From the IMG/VR virus record IMGVR_UViG_3300017544_000275, positions 1-48,579 of that record: a stretch of 48,579 nucleotides of DNA; one strand, given 5' to 3'. The translations under genes and the position numbers were made by a program. Shown here piece after piece: positions 37,578-45,440 of the stretch. Source of the DNA: a virus. Its lineage: Duplodnaviria; Caudoviricetes. The notes beneath the pieces were generated by a model, which worked only from the letters and a program-made list of their open reading frames with translations, did no database searches and had not been told where the DNA came from. The stretch's first letter is position 1. Each line of letters opens with the position of its first letter.

Positions 37578-38503
37578 CCTACAATCCTCGCCTGTTCGCG
37601 GGTGAACTGGGGCCTGGCGACTTCCGCGCTCGCATCAGCAAGCCCGGCCAGGATGCCTCCGACCCGAACCTACCGCGCGACCAGGTCGACTTCGATACGG
37701 CCTGGCCGTTCGCGGGAAACATCCATGCGGTGGTGAGCTTGCGAACCGTGCAGGTGCTCGCGAACCAGAACCCTGTGACGCTGAGCCCGCAGACGCTCAG
37801 CTTCCCGGCGTTGCCCTATGTGCCGGCTGTGAAGTGCTTCCTGTCGAACTATACGGGCACCCAGATCACGTTCCTCGAGCCGATCAGTACCAGTACGGTC
37901 GCCGGGCCGGGCGGGCTCTCCTATGAGGCGTTCTCGGACCAGGTAAAGGTATACTGGAACGGCCAGATGCGCTTTGCCCATTACCTTGTCGTGGTCGTCT
38001 TCAAGATCCCGGCCCGCGATATCGGCGTGGTTGGCAATGATCCCCACCCGCTCGCCCGCATGATGATGGGGAAGCGCGGATCGGATTATGGGCTCTACGC
38101 CTCGCGGCCGGGTTTCGACGTCCGTACCTGTTCCAAGGAGCAGATGATCTTCAGTTCCGACGATACCTTCACCGTCGTCAACTCGACCATCAGCGGCAGC
38201 GTCCAGGGCACGGCCGAGAGCCCGACCGACAACGGCTATACGCCGATCAATTTCACCTACGCGTGGAAGGGCTACAACCCGATCCTGTTCTTCTTCTGCA
38301 CGTTCAGACGGACAAGCGGATACAGCACATACACCTTGCCGGCCGACAAGGAGATCAACACCTACGGCACGGCCTATCCACTCTACGGGTACATTACCTT
38401 CACCTCTCCAGGCGTCGGGCAGGTGCAGCTTCGCCGCCTGGGAAACCAGGCGCGGATCTACTACTCGATCATCGTTCTCGACATCCCGCTGCCAAAGGAT
38501 TGA
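37574..38503 (+). CDS. Tail tip protein with two repeated domains
   Basis: RISKPG.D and LYASRPGFDV repeats. Confidence 0.6.
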   Translation: MTYNPRLFAGELGPGDFRARISKPGQDASDPNLPRDQVDFDTAWPFAGNIHAVVSLRTVQVLANQNPVTLSPQTLSFPALPYVPAVKCFLSNYTGTQITFLEPISTSTVAGPGGLSYEAFSDQVKVYWNGQMRFAHYLVVVVFKIPARDIGVVGNDPHPLARMMMGKRGSDYGLYASRPGFDVRTCSKEQMIFSSDDTFTVVNSTISGSVQGTAESPTDNGYTPINFTYAWKGYNPILFFFCTFRRTSGYSTYTLPADKEINTYGTAYPLYGYITFTSPGVGQVQLRRLGNQARIYYSIIVLDIPLPKD

Positions 38504-38506
38504 GCC

Positions 38507-38932
38507 ATGCCGACCAAGCGTGGGCATATCGGGCAAAGGGGCTCGGAGTTCGTCATCCAGTTCTCAAAGCCCGGCTATGACGTCGATACGGCGCCGCCTG
38601 AGGGCTTGTTGTTCAACTCGGCGGAGGCTCGTCTTCGGCCGCTCGTTACCGGCAGCGTGGTCGTGCCGGGGCGCGGCGCCAACAATCAGCCGGCGGCAAG
38701 CGCGAATGTCCCACTGCCGAAGACATTCTTCGGCCTGCCGCTGCTCTTTGTCGACTGCACGATCGACGGGAATGGGGTGAAGGGGCCGGGACGGAACTAT
38801 TCGACCAGCAATCTCTCGCGCCGTGATTTTGAGGTCGAGTACCTCATCGGCCAGAGCCATTTCACGATCTTCAGCTACCTGCTGACGAGCGAGACCTTCT
38901 TCTACAACGTCTTCGACAACGAGATCACCTGA
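38507..38932 (+). CDS. Tail tip protein, single-domain paralogue of the preceding gene
   Basis: IQFSKPGYDV...LLFNS motif. Confidence 0.6.
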   Translation: MPTKRGHIGQRGSEFVIQFSKPGYDVDTAPPEGLLFNSAEARLRPLVTGSVVVPGRGANNQPAASANVPLPKTFFGLPLLFVDCTIDGNGVKGPGRNYSTSNLSRRDFEVEYLIGQSHFTIFSYLLTSETFFYNVFDNEIT

Positions 38933-39327
38933 TGAAGCTGTTCTACCACGATGCCGACGGCAGGCTCACCGGGCAGGCATCGGGCGCATTTACGCCGAAG
39001 GATGTCGAGGGTTTCCGGGAGCGGGGTATCCCGTTCCTCGTCGTGCCGGATAAGGCCTCGATAGCCACGAACTACGTCGTCGACGGCGAGCTCGTGGCGC
39101 GGCCGGCCGCCGACATCCGCATCACGAAGACGGAGTTCCCGGCGAACAGGCGGGCGCGGGCGACGATCACCGGCCTGCCGGATCCCTGCACGCTCCTGAT
39201 CGACGGCGAGCCGATCACGGTCAAGGGCGGCCGGCTGGAGCTGACGGCCGACATGCCGGCCACCTATTCGATCGTCTTCGACAGCTTCCCCTATCTGCCC
39301 TGGTTCGCCGAGATCACGGCTACCTGA
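38932..39327 (+). CDS. Hypothetical tail-associated protein
   Basis: NYVVDGELVARP; coupled ORF. Confidence 0.65.
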   Translation: MKLFYHDADGRLTGQASGAFTPKDVEGFRERGIPFLVVPDKASIATNYVVDGELVARPAADIRITKTEFPANRRARATITGLPDPCTLLIDGEPITVKGGRLELTADMPATYSIVFDSFPYLPWFAEITAT

Positions 39328-39338
39328 CGGAGATCCCC

Positions 39339-39707
39339 TTGCGCATTCGACTGACGAAGAACCTGGAGCCGCTCCGGGCGAGCGCCCTTGCGCGCCTGGA
39401 TGAAATCATGGGCGAGCGGCTGTACGCCCTCACGGCCTCGCCGGTGGCCCTGCTGCGCGCCCGCAAGGCGGCCGAGGCGGAGCTGTTCCTCTCCGTCGGA
39501 CCGGCGGGGCCTCTGCTGCGTGCCGAGGCCGAGGCGGCCGGTCTCGCGGTGGTCGATCTGGTCGACGCCGTGCTCGTCAAGGCGACGGAGGCGGCCGAGG
39601 CCATGGCGGTGATCGAGATCCGCCGTCAGTCGGCACAGGCCGCAATCCGCTCCGCGCCGAACCCGGCCGCCATCGACGCCGTGATCGAGGAGATCCTGAA
39701 TGGCTGA
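39339..39707 (+). CDS. Tail fibre assembly-like helical protein
   Basis: K.AEA...PLL.AEA.A.G...IE.RR..A..AI. Confidence 0.6.
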   Translation: MRIRLTKNLEPLRASALARLDEIMGERLYALTASPVALLRARKAAEAELFLSVGPAGPLLRAEAEAAGLAVVDLVDAVLVKATEAAEAMAVIEIRRQSAQAAIRSAPNPAAIDAVIEEILNG

Positions 39708-40308
39708 CAGCACCTATTCCGCCGGCACCATCTCGCTTGCGGCTGGCGGCCTGGCGGTGACCGGCGCGCTGACGGCGTTCCTCAGCCAGGTGAAGCCCGG
39801 CGACACGCTGATGAAGGGCGCGGCCGTCGCCGTCGTTGCGACCATCCCGAGCAACACGGCGCTGACGCTCGAGGCGCCTTGGCCCGGCCCGATGCTCACC
39901 GACGAGGCCGGCTATCTCATTCTGCGCACCGGCATGGGCTGGAAGTCGGCGACCGAGATCAACGCCCGCCTGGTCGAGATCATCGCGGCGATCGAAGCGG
40001 GCAGGGGCTTCCAGCCCGACGCCACCGGCACGCTCGCCGACCGCGCCGCGAACGATGCGGCGGCCAAGGGCTTCATCTTCCTGCGCACCGACGTGGATCC
40101 GTTCGAGCTCTACGTGAAGGCCAGCGCGACCTCCGGCGACTGGGCCGGGCCGACCAGCCTGCAGGGCGAAGACGGTGAGGATGGCACGCCCGGCGCCAGC
40201 GTCGCCGACGTCCTCGCCCAGCTCGGCGTCTCGCACATCACCGTCAGCACCGACAATCCAACCGGCCCGGCGCCCGACAACGCGCTTTGGCTGAAAGTCC
40301 CCATGTGA
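39700..40308 (+). CDS. Short tail fibre proximal/adaptor protein
   Basis: YSAGTISL..G...VTG..T.F..QVKPGD anchor; short G-X-Y run; C-terminal ITVSTDNPTG...LWLKV. Confidence 0.65.
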   Translation: MADSTYSAGTISLAAGGLAVTGALTAFLSQVKPGDTLMKGAAVAVVATIPSNTALTLEAPWPGPMLTDEAGYLILRTGMGWKSATEINARLVEIIAAIEAGRGFQPDATGTLADRAANDAAAKGFIFLRTDVDPFELYVKASATSGDWAGPTSLQGEDGEDGTPGASVADVLAQLGVSHITVSTDNPTGPAPDNALWLKVPM

Positions 40309-40321
40309 ACAGGAGCCTGTC

Positions 40322-40639
40322 ATGGACATCACCCGCATCAACGAAGATCTGATCGATATCGGCGGCAAGGTGCGCGTCGAGCGCGGCCCGGTGAGGAGGG
40401 CCGGCAAAGCGACCGAGGCCCTGCTCGCCGACGACAAAACGGCCAGTCACTACCAGGTTGGCCGGCTAGATGCCGCCGGCAACGTGATCGAGGCCGGCAA
40501 GGCCTTCGCCTATCTCGACTGGCTCGGCGCCAAGGGCTGGTACGTCTATGTCCTCGGTGGCGGCGCGCCGGTCGAGGACAGCTTCCACGAAGACGAGGCG
40601 GCGGCGGTGGCGCGCGGCACCAGCCTCGCTTCGGCCTGA
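40322..40639 (+). CDS. Hypothetical protein in fibre module
   Basis: AGGAG RBS. Confidence 0.7.
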   Translation: MDITRINEDLIDIGGKVRVERGPVRRAGKATEALLADDKTASHYQVGRLDAAGNVIEAGKAFAYLDWLGAKGWYVYVLGGGAPVEDSFHEDEAAAVARGTSLASA

Positions 40640-40667
40640 ACCATTCTCTCCAGCGCGAGGCTTTCCC

Positions 40668-41048
40668 ATGCCCTATCTGAACGATCGTATTCTCGACAAC
40701 GGCCTGCAGGTGCTCGACACCGAGGCCAACCAGATCAATATCTGTTCCGCCGAGCCGGCGACCTACACCGAGGCGACCTCGACCAACTCGCTCGGCAGCA
40801 AGGCCGTTGCCGCTGGCGCCTTGTTCGGCTCTCCGGCGGCCCGCTCGCCGACTGGTCGCAAGGTCACTTCGGTCGCCATCACCGACGGCGCCGTAAACTC
40901 GACCGGCACGGTCACGCACTGGGCCGTTGTCGACACGGCGAATAGCCGCCTGCTGGCCGCCAGTTCCGTCAATAACAGCCAGGTCGTGACGGCGCCGAAC
41001 CCGTTCACCCTGGCGGCCTTTGACATCGGTCTGCCCGGCATCGCCTGA
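40668..41048 (+). CDS. 126-aa beta-rich virion protein (putative fibre subunit)
   Basis: MPYLNDRILDNGL..L...ICSAEP.TY.EA...HWAVVD...RLLA. Confidence 0.7.
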   Translation: MPYLNDRILDNGLQVLDTEANQINICSAEPATYTEATSTNSLGSKAVAAGALFGSPAARSPTGRKVTSVAITDGAVNSTGTVTHWAVVDTANSRLLAASSVNNSQVVTAPNPFTLAAFDIGLPGIA

Positions 41049-41062
41049 CCGAAAGCTGACGC

Positions 41063-42499
41063 ATGCTCGCTTCGTCTCCCCTTGGTTCCGTTCCGCTCGG
41101 CCGGCAGGCGCCGGGCGGCGCTTTCGTGCTGGTGGCCGACAATCTGTCGGGCGCGGCGCCGGTCGTCGGCTCGCCGACCATCGGCCAGCGGCACGGGCTG
41201 TCCGCGAACGGGATCGTGGGAGGCGCGCCGAGCATCGGCAGCCCGTCCATCGGGCAACGTCATGACCTCGTCGCGGACGGCCTCACCGGAGCCGCTCCGG
41301 CAGTTGGCACGCCCGCCGTTGGCCAGAACCACGCCTTCGTCGCAGCTGGAATCTCCGGCGGGGCGCCGACGGTCGGCAGCCCGGCAATTGGCCAGACGCA
41401 TGCGCTGCTCGCGAGTGCACTTTCTGGCGGAGCCCCGGATCTTGGCGCGCCGGCTCTCGCACAGTCGCACGGGCTGCTGGCCGACGGCCTCGCTGGTGCA
41501 GCGCCCGATCTCGGTGCGCCGGTCCTCGGCCAGCTGCACCACCTGGTGGCGGACGGCCTTGTCGGGCAGACGCCGAACGTCCAGTCGCCGGATGTCGGCC
41601 AGATCCATATCCTCGAGGCGATTGGGGTCGCAGGCGCCCCCCCGGTTCTGGGGGCGCCTGTCGTCGGCGAGGCGGGCTATGGCCTGATCGCGGCCGGCCT
41701 CACCGGCCTTCCGCCCGAAATCGGCACGCCGGTGCTCGGTCAGATCCATGCCCTGGTGGCCGAGCCGATCACGACCGGGCCGCCGGACGTCGGCTCACCT
41801 GCCTTCAGCCAGGTGCATGCGCTGCTGGCCGATGGGTTGGTTGGGGGCGTGCCGGATATCGGCGTGCCGACGTTCGGCCTCCTCTTCGAGCTCGTGGCCG
41901 ATGGCCTGATCGGAGCGGCGCCCGACATCGGCGTGCCCGCGCTCGGCCAGGTGCACGTCCTTGCAGCGAACGGGCTGCAGGGAGCCGCTCCGGAGATCGG
42001 CTCCGCCAGCTTCGGGCAGATCCATCAGCTCGAGGCGGTCGGCATCGCGGGCGGCGCTCCTGACCTCGGCATGCCTTCGGTCGGTCAGGCCCATCATCTC
42101 GAGGCGACGGGGCTCGCCGGCGCGGCGCCAGTCATCGGCACGCCTGCTGTGGGTCAGGTGCATGTCCTGGTCGCGGCGGGGATCTCGGGGGTCACCCCGG
42201 TCGTCGGCCAGCCCATGCTGGGCCAGTTGCACGCCCTCATCGCCGCTTCGCCGATCGCGGCCGCGCCGGCGGTGGCGCAGCTGGCCCTCGGTCAGACGCA
42301 TCAACTCATCGCCGATGGCTTGGTAGGCGCTCCGCCGGTCTTTGGCGCCCCGAAGGTTGGCGGTGTCGGCGGACTGTATGTGCAGCGCTCCGGCGAGTGG
42401 GAGTTGTCGCAGATCTTCGCCTCCCATGAAGGCGCATGGAAGCCCGTCTCGCTCGGCTGGATCGGCCGCGATGGCGTCTGGAAAGAATTCTACAACTGA
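41063..42499 (+). CDS. 478-aa protein made of 18 tandem 23-aa repeats plus a Trp-rich C-terminus
   Basis: Repeat HxLxAxGlxGaaPxxGxPxxGQx counted by eye. Confidence 0.85.
   Translation: MLASSPLGSVPLGRQAPGGAFVLVADNLSGAAPVVGSPTIGQRHGLSANGIVGGAPSIGSPSIGQRHDLVADGLTGAAPAVGTPAVGQNHAFVAAGISGGAPTVGSPAIGQTHALLASALSGGAPDLGAPALAQSHGLLADGLAGAAPDLGAPVLGQLHHLVADGLVGQTPNVQSPDVGQIHILEAIGVAGAPPVLGAPVVGEAGYGLIAAGLTGLPPEIGTPVLGQIHALVAEPITTGPPDVGSPAFSQVHALLADGLVGGVPDIGVPTFGLLFELVADGLIGAAPDIGVPALGQVHVLAANGLQGAAPEIGSASFGQIHQLEAVGIAGGAPDLGMPSVGQAHHLEATGLAGAAPVIGTPAVGQVHVLVAAGISGVTPVVGQPMLGQLHALIAASPIAAAPAVAQLALGQTHQLIADGLVGAPPVFGAPKVGGVGGLYVQRSGEWELSQIFASHEGAWKPVSLGWIGRDGVWKEFYN
41123..42367 (+). repeat. 18 degenerate 69-bp coding repeats (one of 72 bp)
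   Basis: Residues 21-435 of the 478-aa ORF. Confidence 0.85.
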
Positions 42500-42507
42500 G
42501 GTGAAGC

Positions 42508-43332
42508 ATGGCCTTCAAGCTGTTCGACCGCGTGCGCATGACCATCACCGCGGGCGGCACCGGCAACATCACGCTGGGCGCGGCCGTCGCGGACGCGGCC
42601 AAGGGCGGATACCAGACCCTCGCCCAGGCCGGCGCCATCAATGGCGACACCTTCCCCTATGTGATCGAGCAGGGGGCGGATACCGAATGGGGCATCGGGA
42701 CCTATGCCGCCAGCGGCACGGCCGTAGCGCGCACGTTGGTCAAGTCGACGACCGGCTCGCTGCTGAATGTCACCTCGGCGGCGCAGTTCTTCATTTCTCC
42801 GCTCGCCGAACATCTGCCGATCGGGCCACAGACCGTCTGGATCCCGGCGGCTGCCATGACGCCGCGCGCGACGAGCGGGGCGGGCAGGGGCACCTATGAC
42901 TCCGGCTCGAACGACATCACCATCCCGACGCTCGACTTCGACACGACGACGCAGGAATACGCGCATTTCTCCGTCGCCATGCCGAAGGGCTGGGACGAGG
43001 GGGCGGTCACCTTCATTCCCTATTGGACGAACGCCGGCGGGGCATCGACACAGACGGTCGTCTGGTCGCTCGCCGGTCGTGCGCTCGGCGACAGCGACGC
43101 GATCAACGGTGCCTTCGGCACGGTGCAGACCTCGACCGACACCTTTGAGGCGCAGAACGACCTGCATATCGGGCCGGCCAGCGCCGCCATCACGATCGGC
43201 AACACGCCGGCCGAGAACGATCTTGTCGTGTTCGAGGTCTCGCGCGTCGTCGCCTCCGACAATTTGGCTGGCGACGCCATCCTGATCGGCATCAAGCTGA
43301 TGATTTCCTACAACGCGGGCAACGACGCATGA
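42508..43332 (+). CDS. Two-domain fibre-module protein
   Basis: N-terminal DRVR.T....GTG.ITLG.A...WGIGTY..SG...AR; beta-rich C-domain. Confidence 0.75.
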   Translation: MAFKLFDRVRMTITAGGTGNITLGAAVADAAKGGYQTLAQAGAINGDTFPYVIEQGADTEWGIGTYAASGTAVARTLVKSTTGSLLNVTSAAQFFISPLAEHLPIGPQTVWIPAAAMTPRATSGAGRGTYDSGSNDITIPTLDFDTTTQEYAHFSVAMPKGWDEGAVTFIPYWTNAGGASTQTVVWSLAGRALGDSDAINGAFGTVQTSTDTFEAQNDLHIGPASAAITIGNTPAENDLVVFEVSRVVASDNLAGDAILIGIKLMISYNAGNDA

Positions 43333-43748
43333 CCGACTATGCTCTGGTGAGCCCCGAGGGGCAGATCGATCGCGTCCAGTCGGACCGGACCATCGATCCG
43401 ACGACGGGAACCAAGCCGGGCTGGCTCTGGCTGCCAGTCGTCGTCGAGACCGGCGAGCCACTGGGCGACACGGTGCTGGCGAACTATGTCCGGCGGGGGG
43501 TGGTCGATCCCGCCTCCATTCCCCCGCCGCGGCGGATGGTCCGGAAATCCGTCGTCGAGACCAGGGTCAATCGCTATCCCGGCAAGCTCGCCGAGGTGAT
43601 GCAGATCCTGACTTCGGACTGGTCGCTCTTCGTGCGCTGGATCTCGCACGACTATCCGGAGGTCTATTTCGACGACCCGGACACGCTTCATGTGCTCGGC
43701 CTGGTCGGCCTCGATCCCGAGGTCATCATGGCCGAGGGTGACGCCTGA
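43329..43748 (+). CDS. Hypothetical (fibre chaperone-like) protein
   Basis: Coupled ORF. Confidence 0.7.
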   Translation: MTDYALVSPEGQIDRVQSDRTIDPTTGTKPGWLWLPVVVETGEPLGDTVLANYVRRGVVDPASIPPPRRMVRKSVVETRVNRYPGKLAEVMQILTSDWSLFVRWISHDYPEVYFDDPDTLHVLGLVGLDPEVIMAEGDA

Positions 43749-44416
43749 TGCTGCAGGTCAATCATCTCGACGGGTTTGGTGTCGGTGTCGATGTCGAGGA
43801 GCCAATCGAGATTGCCTTTGTCGGCAGCTCGACATCCACTTCTGCGGCCATCACGCTTCCATCCGGGTTGGAGGATGGCGATATTGGCGTGCTGTTCCAA
43901 ATGTCCGTGGGTATCAGCACTCCACCAACCAGAGTTACGCCGTCCGGGTTTACTCCGGGCCCGACTACAACCACTACTTCTATTTCCGCACTCCGGTCCT
44001 CGATCGAATACAAAATCCTAACAGAGTCAGACGCCGGAGCGACTATTACCGGCACAGCAGGGAGCGCAGCTAGAAAGATCTTTGCAGTATTCCGGCCAAG
44101 TTCCCCGCTATCGGCTCTTGCTGAATCTGCGTCTGATTCTAGCGGCGGGGCTTCTGGTTCCGGGGCTTCTGCGTCATTGACTTTAACGACCGAGTTTACC
44201 CAGCCATTGCTTATTCTGGGGAGTACCGGGAGTAACGTCAACAACCCGACGTTGGGGGGGACCGTAATCACAAATGGCACGCAAATTGGCGTTTCCTCCA
44301 ATACGCTTGTTGCAAGCTATGAGTTTATGAACCAGCCGTCGTCGAACAGAAATCTGACGATTGCGAACAGCGGCTCCGCCACCGCGATCGGCCTCGCGTT
44401 GCGATGTCTGAAGTGA
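43748..44416 (+). CDS. Ser/Thr-rich putative receptor-binding tip protein, lower-GC body
   Basis: MLQVNHLDGFG N-peptide, then a shift to A/T-ending codons. Confidence 0.65.
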   Translation: MLQVNHLDGFGVGVDVEEPIEIAFVGSSTSTSAAITLPSGLEDGDIGVLFQMSVGISTPPTRVTPSGFTPGPTTTTTSISALRSSIEYKILTESDAGATITGTAGSAARKIFAVFRPSSPLSALAESASDSSGGASGSGASASLTLTTEFTQPLLILGSTGSNVNNPTLGGTVITNGTQIGVSSNTLVASYEFMNQPSSNRNLTIANSGSATAIGLALRCLK

Positions 44417-44435
44417 TTATGGCGCCGGAATAGAT

Positions 44436-44460
44436 CCGCCGGCGGGGGCACCGCCGGCGG
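44436..44460. terminator. GC-rich hairpin between convergent genes
   Basis: CCGCCGGCGG-N5-CCGCCGGCGG. Confidence 0.6.
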
Positions 44461-44467
44461 CTGTCGA

Positions 44468-44557
44468 TCAGATCGGATCGTGGCTGTAGACGGCGGCAGC
44501 GATGGCCTGCAGCTGGGCGCCCTTGGAGAGCGCCGGCTTCTCGTAGGTCTTCTTCAT
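44468..44557 (-). CDS. 29-aa putative RiPP precursor MKKTYEKPALSKGAQLQAIAAAVYSHDPI
   Basis: YxxPxL RRE-binding leader motif; AAGGGGA RBS; host-like codons; downstream hairpin; below ORF-track cutoff. Confidence 0.75.
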   Translation of the reverse strand: MKKTYEKPALSKGAQLQAIAAAVYSHDPI

Positions 44558-44591
44558 TCTCAGTCCCCTTTTCTAGACGTTGACGTATGGG

Positions 44592-44612
44592 AGCCTGACA
44601 GATCGTCAGGCT
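44592..44612. promoter_or_regulatory. Palindrome AGCCTGAC-AGATC-GTCAGGCT upstream of the peptide gene
   Basis: Perfect 8-bp arms, 34 nt upstream of the ATG. Confidence 0.5.
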
Positions 44613-44654
44613 TCGCATCTACGTTCCGGTCGTCATAGGTTGCGGAGAACGTGT

Positions 44655-44870
44655 CTACATCTCTCGCTTGGGCAAGGAGATGTCGCGCTGATGTTCCTCG
44701 CCTTCATTCCAGTCGGACGCCTCTTGTTCGCCATCCCCCAGTACGCGGGGCTCGGCGCTGACAAGGCCGCTGTTGGTGCTGCCCTTCTTGCCGCGATGGA
44801 ACTGTCCTCGAGCATCCTGCCGCTCCAATTCGGCGACGGATTTCTGGGTCTTGTTTCGTCGGGATGCCAT
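44655..44870 (-). CDS. 71-aa hydrophilic small protein
   Basis: GAGG RBS; charged and likely disordered. Confidence 0.6.
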   Translation of the reverse strand: MASRRNKTQKSVAELERQDARGQFHRGKKGSTNSGLVSAEPRVLGDGEQEASDWNEGEEHQRDISLPKREM

Positions 44871-44922
44871 TGTGGAACCTCATGATGATGTGAGGTGGGT
44901 GCGTTTGTGAGTGCCGTGTCGT

Positions 44923-45114
44923 TCAGTCGAACCGCCCCGGGCCGCCGGGAATTCGGAGTTCGATGGCCCTGCCTTCCGCCATTGCTGTGTCGATGACGGC
45001 AATCGCCCCCTGGAAGGCGGACTCTTTGGTCAAATAGACCACCTCGTTGGCTTCGGCGTGCTGGACGATCCAGCCTTCACCCTTCGCGATGATTTCAATC
45101 GTCAGCTTTTCCAT
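44923..45114 (-). CDS. 63-aa small protein (DUF2188-like)
   Basis: GW.V.......Y.TKE.AF..A; AAGGGA RBS. Confidence 0.65.
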   Translation of the reverse strand: MEKLTIEIIAKGEGWIVQHAEANEVVYLTKESAFQGAIAVIDTAMAEGRAIELRIPGGPGRFD

Positions 45115-45193
45115 TGGGAATCCCTTCGCGAACTAACGTGCGCGGCCGATCGCTTTCATCGTGGCGACTGGCCCAGAACACCGTCCGCAAATC

Positions 45194-45218
45194 AACTCGA
45201 GCTGGCCGCTTGCGTTCC
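45194..45218 (-). promoter_or_regulatory. sigma-EcfG-type promoter GGAAC-N16-AGTT
   Basis: Fits alphaproteobacterial general-stress consensus GGAAC-N18/19-TT. Confidence 0.6.
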
Positions 45219-45230
45219 GCCTGCCGGGTC

Positions 45231-45318
45231 AACAGAAAGCCCGCCGATCAGGGCGGACCGGCGGGCCATTCGTCGAGGGTCGCGTCTAATCCAGGGGGAA
45301 GGCTGGACACCCTCGATC
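45231..45318 (-). ncRNA. sRNA 2: 5' hairpin with CCUUCCCC loop plus intrinsic terminator
   Basis: UCGAGGGU/ACCCUCGA and UCCAG/CUGGA stems; GCCCGCCGGUC/GAUCGGCGGGC-UUUCUGUU. Confidence 0.7.
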
Positions 45319-45325
45319 CGAAATC

Positions 45326-45351
45326 AAGTGCCCTTCAGGGCGAATGGTTCC
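45326..45351 (-). promoter_or_regulatory. sigma-EcfG-type promoter GGAAC-N19-TT for sRNA 2
   Basis: GGAAC CATTCGCCCTGAAGGGCAC TT. Confidence 0.55.
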
Positions 45352-45363
45352 GCGCCCGCCGCT

Positions 45364-45435
45364 AAAAAAAGCCCGCCTCGTGAGGCGGGCAGGATCTCTT
45401 CGCATGACCCGGAACGGCGGGACGGCCGTTCCAAT
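45364..45435 (-). ncRNA. sRNA 1: 5' hairpin with CGUCCC loop plus intrinsic terminator
   Basis: GGAACGGC/GCCGUUCC stem; GCCCGCCUC/GAGGCGGGC-U7. Confidence 0.7.
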
Positions 45436-45440
45436 GTCTC

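Noticed and set aside
41123-42367. CRISPR array or DGR template/variable repeats
   Set aside because: Repeats are degenerate, in-frame and conserved at protein level; no spacers, cas genes or reverse transcriptase
44468-44557. Complete lasso peptide gene cluster
   Set aside because: No cyclase, B protein or transporter nearby and the core is too short; kept only as an orphan precursor
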